Part shown: one piece after another, positions 48,024 through 55,315 of the stretch
How the letters are laid out: each line of letters begins with the position of its first letter
How positions within the stretch are numbered: the stretch's first letter is position 1
From: an uncultured Synergistia bacterium
GTDB lineage: Bacteria > Synergistota > Synergistia > CAYRKT01
Direction of reading: 5' to 3'
Assembly (NCBI GenBank): GCA_964425005.1
Contig: CAYRKT010000002.1
Span: 1 to 58,766, forward strand
Length of the DNA stretch: 58,766 nucleotides
Notes under the pieces: generated by a model
Told to the model about the DNA's origin: nothing
Databases searched by the model: none
The model's input: only the letters and a program-made list of their open reading frames with translations
Position numbers and translations under genes: made by a program

Positions 48024-49685
48024 ATGAGCATGTTCTGCTACCAGTGCGAGCAGGCGGCGAAAGGCGAAGGGTGCACCTCCTACGGGGTGTGCGGGAAGGA
48101 CCCCGAGACGGCGGCCCTGCAGGACCTGCTGGTCCACCTCTCCAAGGGCATAGCCTCTTACGCCTGGGAGGCCAGGAGGCGCACGGGGGCCTTCGACCCC
48201 GAGGTGGACAGATTTCTCCTGGAGGCCCTCTTCACCACGGTGACCAACGTGAACTTCGACCCCAAACCCATAGCCGAGATGATATGGAAGGCCAGGGAGA
48301 TGCTGGAGAGGGCGAAGGAGCTCTGCGAAGGAAGCCACCTCGGCTCAACCTCTCTGCCCGAGGTGGCCCTGAAGCTTGGGGCCTTCGAGCCGGCGAGCGA
48401 CGTGCAGGGACTGGTGCGGCAGGCCCAGGAGGCCTCGATCGAGAGGAGCATAGAGAGGATGGGGGAGGTAAGGGCTGGCCTCGCCTGGATGGGGATATAT
48501 GGGCTCAAGGGCGCGGCTGCCTACGCGGACCACGCCGCCATACTGGGCAAGAGCGACCCCGAGGTGATGGGAGAGTTCCAGAGGCTTCTGAGCGAGCTAT
48601 CCCGCGAAGAGCTACCCTTGGAGGACCTCGTGAGGCTAAACCTGGAGGTGGGGGCTCTAAACCTCAGGGCGATGGAGATGCTGGACGAAGCCAACAGGAG
48701 CTACGGGGATCCCTCCCCCACCAGGGTCAGGATCACCCCCATTAGGGGTAAGGCCATCTTGGTGTCAGGACACGACCTGAGGGACCTCCACGAGCTCCTG
48801 GAGCAGACCAGGGGCAAGGGGATAAACGTCTACACCCACGGGGAGATGCTCCCCGCCCACGGGTATCCGAAGCTCAGGGCCTACCCGCACCTGGTGGGAA
48901 ACTACGGAGGAGCCTGGCAAGACCAGCAGAGGGAGTTCGACGAGTTCAAGGGGGCTATCCTGATGACCACCAACTGCCTCCAAAAGCCCAGGGAGTCCTA
49001 CAGGCACAGGATCTTCACCACCGGACTGGTGGGCTGGCCCGGAGTGAGGCACATCCCCTGGAAAGGCAACGCCAAGGACTTCTCTCCGGTGATCGAAGCA
49101 GCGCTCGCGGAGCCGGGATTCGAGGAGGACGAACCCGACAGGAGGATCTGGGTGGGGTTCGGCCACGGCTTCCTGCTATCTAAGGCCAAAGAGATCTTGG
49201 AGCTGATCGAGAGGGGCAAGGTGAGACACATATTCCTGATAGGTGGCTGCGACGGAGCCAAGCCCGGCAGGAACTACTACACGGAGCTGGCCCAAAGGGT
49301 GCCCGAGGACTGCCTCATCCTCACCCTGGCCTGCGGCAAATACCGCTTCAACAAGCTGGACTTCGGGGAGATAGATGGGCTCCCCAGGCTGATGGACGTA
49401 GGGCAGTGCAACGACGCTTACTCCGCCGTCAAGGTGGCGCTCGAGCTGTCCAAAGCCCTGGGCAAGTCGGTGAACGAAATCCCCCTGTCCCTGATCCTCT
49501 CCTGGTACGAACAGAAGGCGGTGGCCATCCTGCTCACCCTCCTGCACCTGGGGATCAAGGGCATCAGGCTAGGTCCCTCCCTTCCCGCCTTCGCCAAGCC
49601 ACCCGTCCTGGGCTTCCTGAGGGAGAGCTTCGACCTCAAACCCATCAGCACCCCGGAGGAGGACCTGAGGGATATCCTGGGCTAG
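48024..49685 (+). CDS. hcp: Hybrid cluster protein (class I spacing)
   Basis: MFCYQCEQ, C-x2-C-x8-C-x5-C, SGHDL, THGEMLPAH, TNC, GGCDG, GQCNDAY, WYEQKA; 553 aa. Confidence 0.97.
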   Translation: MSMFCYQCEQAAKGEGCTSYGVCGKDPETAALQDLLVHLSKGIASYAWEARRRTGAFDPEVDRFLLEALFTTVTNVNFDPKPIAEMIWKAREMLERAKELCEGSHLGSTSLPEVALKLGAFEPASDVQGLVRQAQEASIERSIERMGEVRAGLAWMGIYGLKGAAAYADHAAILGKSDPEVMGEFQRLLSELSREELPLEDLVRLNLEVGALNLRAMEMLDEANRSYGDPSPTRVRITPIRGKAILVSGHDLRDLHELLEQTRGKGINVYTHGEMLPAHGYPKLRAYPHLVGNYGGAWQDQQREFDEFKGAILMTTNCLQKPRESYRHRIFTTGLVGWPGVRHIPWKGNAKDFSPVIEAALAEPGFEEDEPDRRIWVGFGHGFLLSKAKEILELIERGKVRHIFLIGGCDGAKPGRNYYTELAQRVPEDCLILTLACGKYRFNKLDFGEIDGLPRLMDVGQCNDAYSAVKVALELSKALGKSVNEIPLSLILSWYEQKAVAILLTLLHLGIKGIRLGPSLPAFAKPPVLGFLRESFDLKPISTPEEDLRDILG

Positions 49686-49692
49686 GCGGATA

Positions 49693-49730
49693 GGTCGACC
49701 CGGCGCGGAGAGGCCCGCGCCGGGTCGACC
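49693..49730. terminator. 16-bp perfect hairpin between convergent hcp and HATPase genes
   Basis: GGTCGACCCGGCGCGG-agaggc-CCGCGCCGGGTCGACC; no U tract on either strand. Confidence 0.6.
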
Positions 49731-49740
49731 CGCACGGCGC

Positions 49741-50322
49741 TCAGACGTGGATCGATCCCGAAGCCTTAACCCTCGCCTCCGAGGCCAGGCGCTCGATCTC
49801 CTCCAGGGAGCGGCGAAGGAGGGACAGGACCTCCGGGTGATCGTAGAGTTCGTCCCCCAACTCTTCCCTGATCTCGGAGGTGTCCAAGACGAACTCCTCC
49901 GAGTCGACGCGCCGAACGAACCTGAAGTCCACGTCCCTGTGGGCGCATATGCCCACCATCAGGGTGGAGACCAGATCCCCAAGGGGAGGCCTGTCCACGT
50001 GATCGAGGGAGAAACGAGCCCGCACCTCCGTCCCCTCGCCGGGCCTGGAGTTGAGTTCGAAGCTTCCGGCGCAGTGCTCCGCCGAGGCCCTGAGCAGAGG
50101 AAGGCCAAGGCCTACCCCTATCCTCTTCTTCCTCCCGGTGTAAAAGGGGTCCAAGGCCTTACAGGCCTCCTCCTCCGACATCCCGCAGCCGTCGTCCTTG
50201 ACGGCTATCTCCAGGTAGCCGGAACTGTGGTCCTCGAAGACCTCCACGGTTATGCGCTTAGCCCCAGCGGAGGCGCTGTTCTCTATGAGGTCCAGCACGT
50301 GCATGGACAGGTCCCTCATCAT
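49741..50322 (-). CDS. HATPase_c (histidine-kinase-like ATPase) of the hydrogenase-associated type
   Basis: MHVLDLIENS, DDGCGM, DPFYT, GLGLPL, RPPLGDL; no HisKA or receiver domain. Confidence 0.85.
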   Translation of the reverse strand: MMRDLSMHVLDLIENSASAGAKRITVEVFEDHSSGYLEIAVKDDGCGMSEEEACKALDPFYTGRKKRIGVGLGLPLLRASAEHCAGSFELNSRPGEGTEVRARFSLDHVDRPPLGDLVSTLMVGICAHRDVDFRFVRRVDSEEFVLDTSEIREELGDELYDHPEVLSLLRRSLEEIERLASEARVKASGSIHV

Positions 50323-50344
50323 CAAGGCGGAGACCACCCCCGCT

Positions 50345-50698
50345 CTAGGACCTAAGCCCCCTTATCCCCATGGAGTAGAGCCTTCCCACCGCCTCGAAAG
50401 CGGGAAGCGGCGTCCTTATGAGGGTGAGCCCCCTCTCCCTGGCCTTCTCCACCACCGAGGGCTCCACAGAGGCGCCGTCGGCCACCACCAGCGCGGAGGC
50501 CTCCACCAGCAACGCCACAGCCACGGCGTTTATGTGGCTCTGCACGGTGACCCACAAGACGCCGGGAGCACCCCTCTTCATCACGTCGCTCATGAGGTCC
50601 GAGGCTATGCCGTAGGAGACCTCGACGGAGCCCTCTTCGCCACCGGCCAGGACCTCCCCCTCTAAGGCCCTCAACAACTCGGTCAGCTCGAGCTTCAA
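50345..50698 (-). CDS. DRTGG-domain protein
   Basis: SDLMSDV, WVTVQSHINAVAVA, AFEAVGRLY. Confidence 0.85.
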   Translation of the reverse strand: MKLELTELLRALEGEVLAGGEEGSVEVSYGIASDLMSDVMKRGAPGVLWVTVQSHINAVAVALLVEASALVVADGASVEPSVVEKARERGLTLIRTPLPAFEAVGRLYSMGIRGLRS

Positions 50699-50716
50699 AC
50701 CGACACCCCCATGGAC

Positions 50717-52039
50717 CTACTTCTCGAGCGGAAGCTTTATCATCTCCAGTATCTCCCTCGTCAGATCGCCCACCCTGCGCCTCTGCTCGTAGACGCAGTC
50801 GGTGACCTTGCCCTGTCCTCTCACCACGTCCTCCGCCAGCGCCCTGCAGGAGGGCCTCCCGCAGAAGCCGCAGTTTATCCCGGGCAACCTGTCGTGGACT
50901 ATCTGGAGCTGGTGGAGCTTCTCCATCGACTCCCGGAGGTCCGAGGACAGAGGCAGCCTCGGCCTGGCCCGGATGGGAAACTCCAGCGAGGTGAAACCCC
51001 TGGCGTGGAGCTCCTCCAGGAGGGATAACCTCTCCTCGGAGGGATTCCAGTCGGGCACCCGGTGGGGCACGGTCTGGGAGGCTATGAAGCGAGACTCACC
51101 CGCGAGTATCCCCCCCACGCACCCCTTGTCGCAGACCCTGCCCTCCACGTAGTCGACCCCTCTGAGCTTGCCCAGCTCCACCTCCTCCACCACCTCCATC
51201 ACGTTCCTCATCCCCGAGACCACCACCGCCCTGAAGGGCTCCCCGTTGCCGAAGATCCTCCAGAACATGGAGAGGTGGTCGGACTCACCCCCCAGCACCG
51301 CCCACCTGATCCACCGGGAGAAGTCGGAGGACGGGAGGCTGTCGCCGACGCTGGGCCTCTTGGCCAGGTTCACTATATCCCTGTAGACCCAGTTCATCCC
51401 CACCGCGTAAGACATGTGGCTGGCCCTTCTGCCCTCCGGATACTTGGCCATGCCGATCTTCGCCGGGCAGGGGGAGACGAAGACGAAGGGCTTCCCTCCC
51501 ACCCCCCTGGACTCCGAGAGGGCAGCGGCCACCTCTAGGGGATTCTCCACCGGAGTGAGCCTGGAGACCAACGAGGGATACTTGACCTGGACCAGCCTCA
51601 AGACGGCGGGACAGTAGACGGATATCATCGGCCTGGACTCCCTCGGAACGCTCAGGACGTGCTTCACCGTGGCGAAGGCCACCAGATCATAGGCTATCTC
51701 CATCTCCTCTATCAAGTCCTTGTAGCCCAGGGCGCCCATCAAGGAGGAGACCTCCCTGGGGTCCTGGAGGTGGGCGAACTGGGTGTACATCACGGGATCG
51801 CAGATCAGCACTCTGTCGGAGGTGCTGTTCCTCAGTATCTCCCACTCGTCCTCCTCCACCGCTATGAAGTCAGAACAAACCCTCTTGCACTCCCCGCAGT
51901 TTATGCACAGCTCGGGGATGATCTTCAAAAACCCGCTGTACCACCTCATGGCCTCGGTGGGACAGGCCTTTATGCAGTTTATCCCCTCCTTGCAGTACTT
52001 GCCCACAGGCCTAATCACGACACCGTGTCTGTCGGTCAA
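50717..52039 (-). CDS. [FeFe]-hydrogenase-like Fe-S protein (ferredoxin + degenerate H-domain + C-terminal FeS domain), likely sensory
   Basis: C..G..C...CP and CINCGEC...C; P1 SVYCPA, P2 SPCPAK, P3 EGRVCDKGCVGG; LPGINCGFCGRPSC...C. Confidence 0.8.
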   Translation of the reverse strand: MTDRHGVVIRPVGKYCKEGINCIKACPTEAMRWYSGFLKIIPELCINCGECKRVCSDFIAVEEDEWEILRNSTSDRVLICDPVMYTQFAHLQDPREVSSLMGALGYKDLIEEMEIAYDLVAFATVKHVLSVPRESRPMISVYCPAVLRLVQVKYPSLVSRLTPVENPLEVAAALSESRGVGGKPFVFVSPCPAKIGMAKYPEGRRASHMSYAVGMNWVYRDIVNLAKRPSVGDSLPSSDFSRWIRWAVLGGESDHLSMFWRIFGNGEPFRAVVVSGMRNVMEVVEEVELGKLRGVDYVEGRVCDKGCVGGILAGESRFIASQTVPHRVPDWNPSEERLSLLEELHARGFTSLEFPIRARPRLPLSSDLRESMEKLHQLQIVHDRLPGINCGFCGRPSCRALAEDVVRGQGKVTDCVYEQRRRVGDLTREILEMIKLPLEK

Positions 52040-52054
52040 AGCGACCTAACCCCC

Positions 52055-52498
52055 CTACCCCTCCATAATCCTGACCGAGGCCCAGAGCTTCGTCCCCCGG
52101 CCGACCTCGCTCTCGATGCGCATCTCGTCGGAGTTCTTCTTTATGTTGGGAAGGCCCATCCCCGCCCCGAACCCCAGCTCCCTTATGTGGTCGGGCGCCG
52201 TGGAGTACCCCTCCTTCATGGCCAGCTCTATGTCCTCTATGCCCGGGCCGTCGTCCTCAGCCAGTATAACTATCTCGTCAGGGTAGACCAAAGCCTTCAA
52301 GGTCCCTCCCCCCGCGTGGATCACCAGGTTCATCTCCGCCTCGTAGGCTATGACGGCAACCCGCCGGTATATCTCCGGCGAGAGGCCCAGCATCTTGAGG
52401 ACTTCCTTTATCTGGGTGGAGGCGAGTCCAGCGCCGACGAAATCCCCACCCTTGACGTCGAACTCCACGGAGTAGACCAGCTTCTTGGAGGAGGACAT
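52055..52498 (-). CDS. RsbT-like anti-sigma Ser/Thr kinase (HATPase_c)
   Basis: YEAEMNLVIHAGGG, DDGPGIEDIELAMKEGYST, GAGMGLPN. Confidence 0.9.
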   Translation of the reverse strand: MSSSKKLVYSVEFDVKGGDFVGAGLASTQIKEVLKMLGLSPEIYRRVAVIAYEAEMNLVIHAGGGTLKALVYPDEIVILAEDDGPGIEDIELAMKEGYSTAPDHIRELGFGAGMGLPNIKKNSDEMRIESEVGRGTKLWASVRIMEG

Positions 52499-52510
52499 GC
52501 CCTTTAAGAG

Positions 52511-52879
52511 CTAAAACACCCTATCCCTGCACACCAAGCAGGGCGAAAGCCCCTCGGCGTAGAGCCTTCCACACGCCTCGAACATGGTCATGGGCGTGAG
52601 GAGCAAGGGCACGCCCAGAGCGGAAGCCGACCTCACCACGTCCTCCGAGGGGACCTTACCCCTCACGAACAGGACGGCGGGCACGTCCAGCATGTGCACA
52701 GTCCTCATCAGCTGGATGTGCGTGAGGCCGGTTATCAACAGGGTTCCAGCGCAGGCGAAGGCCAGGATGTCGCTCAGCAGGTCACAGGCGTAGGCGTTGG
52801 GGACAGCTATGGAATCCAGCTTGTCCTCGCAACACAGCACCTTGGCCCCTACCAATTCCCTCACCGTAGAGAGCAACAA
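52511..52879 (-). CDS. DRTGG-domain protein
   Basis: CDLLSDIL, LITGL, FVRGK, MFEACGRLY. Confidence 0.87.
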   Translation of the reverse strand: MLLSTVRELVGAKVLCCEDKLDSIAVPNAYACDLLSDILAFACAGTLLITGLTHIQLMRTVHMLDVPAVLFVRGKVPSEDVVRSASALGVPLLLTPMTMFEACGRLYAEGLSPCLVCRDRVF

Positions 52880-52952
52880 AGGAGACCCTCCCCCCCTTGT
52901 CCTGATGACCGAAGGAGCCCTTCAACTTCCGAACCACCGGGCGCCAAGCCCT

Positions 52953-52980
52953 ATTTTAAAGATTGTGAAAGATAAATCAA
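52953..52980 (-). promoter_or_regulatory. Promoter of the DRTGG/kinase/hydrogenase-like operon, with a Rex-like half-site
   Basis: TTGATT-16 bp-TAAAAT; TTGTGAA at 52963-52969 lies in the spacer. Confidence 0.55.
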
Positions 52981-53030
52981 GCCCGATTTGGCCCGGGGGC
53001 CCAAAACGCCTCGAGCTGGGCCTCACCCCC

Positions 53031-53059
53031 TTGACTGGGCCTCTCGGGGCGGATAAAAT
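53031..53059 (+). promoter_or_regulatory. sigma70-type promoter of the T-box/lysW operon
   Basis: TTGACT-17 bp-TAAAAT. Confidence 0.85.
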
Positions 53060-53084
53060 CCTCTCACGAAAGCCGAACAAGCCC

Positions 53085-53337
53085 GGCGATGACCGAGGGA
53101 GGGTCTTTCCCAGAAGCCCAACAGAGAGGGGGCTCCACCGGCTGAGAGGGCCCCTGGGGTGGGGGTTAGATCCAAAGCCCTCGCGAGCCTCGGCCGAAAG
53201 GGTTCTCCCGGAGTAGGCCGCGGGGGGCTCCCGTTAAAGGGCCGACGAGGGGAAGAGGGGGGACGCAAGGGTTTCTTCTCTTCCACTAGGGTGGTACCGC
53301 GGGCCGAAAGCTCGTCCCTAGAGGGACGAGCTTTTTT
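53085..53337 (+). ncRNA. T-box riboswitch (transcriptional), probable Lys (AAA) specifier
   Basis: K-turn GGC-GAU-GA/GA-GCC, AG bulge CAGAGAG, GCUGAG distal loop, stem II with GAA/AGUA S-turn, CCGUUA box, stem III, AGGGUGGUACCGCG (53288-53301), terminator. Confidence 0.92.
53310..53337 (+). terminator. T-box attenuator terminator
   Basis: GCTCGTCCC-TAGA-GGGACGAGC-TTTTTT; its 5' strand is shared with the antiterminator. Confidence 0.9.
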
Positions 53338-53378
53338 GTTTAGGTCGACCCAGCGCGAGGAGGTGTTCTGAGGTGGAG

Positions 53379-53555
53379 ATGACGAGGATCGAGGCGATGT
53401 GCGAGGTGTGTGGAGGGGAACTGGAGATCGGGTCCGGCGTGGAGCTGGGCGAGATAGTGGTATGCTCCGACTGCGGGACGGAGCTGGAGGTGGTCTCGTT
53501 GGATCCTGTGGTCCTGGAGAGGGCCCCCGAGGTCCAGGAGGACTGGGGGGAGTAA
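53379..53555 (+). CDS. lysW: Amino-group carrier protein LysW
   Basis: CEVC...CSDC zinc ribbon, GEIV.C..CG.ELEV, acidic, C-terminal EDWGE. Confidence 0.96.
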   Translation: MTRIEAMCEVCGGELEIGSGVELGEIVVCSDCGTELEVVSLDPVVLERAPEVQEDWGE

Positions 53556-53561
53556 GGGGGC

Positions 53562-54410
53562 ATGAGGCCCTCGCTGGTGGTCCTAAACGACGTCTTCTCC
53601 TTCGAGACCAGGCTGCTCCTGGAGGCAGCCGACTCGGTCGGCGTGAGCTGCAGGACCGTGGAGGTCTCCTCGGGCCTCTGGTTCGACCAGCTGGACCCCG
53701 CGCTTCCCTGTTGGAACCTCATCTCGTCGCCGGTGGCCAGGGCTGCGGTGTCCTCCTCCCTTCGCGGGCGAGGGCTTAAGCCCTTGAACCTCGCGTTAGC
53801 CGAAGGGAGCGCCGTCGACGTGGCCTCTACCCTGCACGACCTAAGCCTCGAGGGCCTCACCAGCGAGGTCTTCCTGCTCTTCCGCGAGCCCCAGGTCAAG
53901 GAGCTCATCGCCCAGGGGAGGTTGAGGTACCCCTTCTGGATAAGAGGGAGCAGGCGAGGGAGGGGGGACATCAGGACCCTGGTCAGGAGCGAGGCCGCCC
54001 TGGAGGCGGTGCTGGAGCACCGGGAACACCTGGTCGACGAGCCCTTCGTGGTCCAGGTCCACCCCGAGGCGGACGCCATGGCCAGGCTGACCATCATAGG
54101 GAGCAGGAGGTTCTGGAGCCAGGGGGCGATATCCCCCAGCGGCAGACATGCTCTAGCGCCGTGCGACGAGACGGAAGAGCTCTCCGACATCGCAGCGAGG
54201 TTGTGCCGATACCTGCGGGACAGGTTCGGGACCCCACTCTGGGCCCAGTTCGACCTGCTCATCTCGCGAGGAGGAAGGGGATTTTGGGTCTTCGACCTCT
54301 CGGATCTGCCCGAGCTGATGCCCCTAAAGGATAGGAGGGCTGAGCTGGTGGAGGCTCTGGCCTCGGTCGTCGAGGAGGTGATGGCCGATGGAGGAGGGCA
54401 AACCCTCTAA
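53562..54410 (+). CDS. Highly diverged LysX/RimK-like ATP-grasp protein (probable pseudo-enzyme)
   Basis: Position right after lysW; E.RLLLEAA..G, EAVLEHRE, FDL..S..G, PEL resemble LysX; the DK, KP..GSWG, NT.RG and EVN motifs are absent. Confidence 0.7.
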   Translation: MRPSLVVLNDVFSFETRLLLEAADSVGVSCRTVEVSSGLWFDQLDPALPCWNLISSPVARAAVSSSLRGRGLKPLNLALAEGSAVDVASTLHDLSLEGLTSEVFLLFREPQVKELIAQGRLRYPFWIRGSRRGRGDIRTLVRSEAALEAVLEHREHLVDEPFVVQVHPEADAMARLTIIGSRRFWSQGAISPSGRHALAPCDETEELSDIAARLCRYLRDRFGTPLWAQFDLLISRGGRGFWVFDLSDLPELMPLKDRRAELVEALASVVEEVMADGGGQTL

Positions 54411-54501
54411 ACGCTCGGTCAGCGCGTCGTCGAGGACGTTCGAGGGAGGGCCGGGACCAGGGCGTGCTGGTCCCTAGGGGGTCTTCTTGCGCCCTCGTCC
54501 C

Positions 54502-54536
54502 GGCCCGCAGGCTTCAGCTTGCGGGCCTCGTCTTTT
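54502..54536 (+). terminator. Possible intercistronic terminator/attenuator hairpin
   Basis: GGCCCGCAGGC-TTCA-GCTTGCGGGCC followed by TCGTCTTTT. Confidence 0.4.
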
Positions 54537-54551
54537 CGGAGGTGAGCGGGG

Positions 54552-55295
54552 TTGAACGAGGTGACCTTGGAGGGCGAGATAGTCGAGATAGGACCGGATC
54601 GCATAAGGGTCAGGGGCGTGGACATAGAGGAGCTCATAGAGGGCTGGAGCTACCCGGAGGTCTTTTGGTTTCTGCTCACCGGCAGGAGGCTGAGCTCGAG
54701 GGAGAGGAGGATGCTCGAGGCCATACTGGTGGCCATGTGCGACCACGGCCCAACGCCTCCCAGCACCCAGGCGGCCAGGCTCGTGGCCTCCACCGGCTCC
54801 CCCATGCACGCGGCCCTGGCGGCAGGGCTCTTGGGCTTCGGAGATCACCACGCCGGGGCCATAGAGCTGGCCATGAGGGTGCTCCAGGAGGCGGTGCGAT
54901 CTGCGGAGCTCGGCAGAGACGAGCTCAAAGGGACGGCGGAGAGGCTCGTGGAGGACTTCCTGGACAGAGGGGAAAGGGTGCCGGGCTTCGGACACAGGTA
55001 CCACAGGAGGGATCCCAGACCCCCTGCCCTGGTCAGGTTGGCCGAGAGGCTCTCCATGGTGGGACCCCACCTGAGGCTCGCCCTGGAGATGGAGGAGGTC
55101 CTCCTGTCCAGGAAGGGCATAAGGATGAACATCGACGGGGCGAGCGGGGCGATCCTGAGCGACATGGGGCTCTCGTGGCGCGTAGGCAGAGGGGTCTTCG
55201 CCCTGGGAAGGATGTCGGGCCTGATAGCGGAGGTTATGGTGGAGATATCGTGCTACAAGCCGTTCAGGAAGTTCCACGAGATAAAGGCCAGTTGA
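54552..55295 (+). CDS. Citrate synthase-fold protein (short citryl-CoA lyase / archaeal citrate synthase-like)
   Basis: 247 aa; DHGPTPPSTQAARL, GDHHAGAIE, PGFGH, DPR, MNIDG (His-His-Asp triad intact); TTG after SD GGAGGTG. Confidence 0.9.
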   Translation: MNEVTLEGEIVEIGPDRIRVRGVDIEELIEGWSYPEVFWFLLTGRRLSSRERRMLEAILVAMCDHGPTPPSTQAARLVASTGSPMHAALAAGLLGFGDHHAGAIELAMRVLQEAVRSAELGRDELKGTAERLVEDFLDRGERVPGFGHRYHRRDPRPPALVRLAERLSMVGPHLRLALEMEEVLLSRKGIRMNIDGASGAILSDMGLSWRVGRGVFALGRMSGLIAEVMVEISCYKPFRKFHEIKAS

Positions 55296-55315
55296 ACGAG
55301 GAGGTGCCAGGGAAC

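Noticed and set aside
53060-53340. Lysine (L-box) riboswitch or leader peptide upstream of lysW
   Set aside because: The sequence matches T-box elements throughout and lacks L-box motifs; there is no Lys-rich leader ORF.
49691-53357. Near-identical 17-mers TAGGTCGACCC(G/A)GCGCG at 49691 and 53341, both intergenic
   Set aside because: Only two copies, and the second has no hairpin partner. A rough estimate says such a match is not clearly beyond chance in GC-rich DNA.
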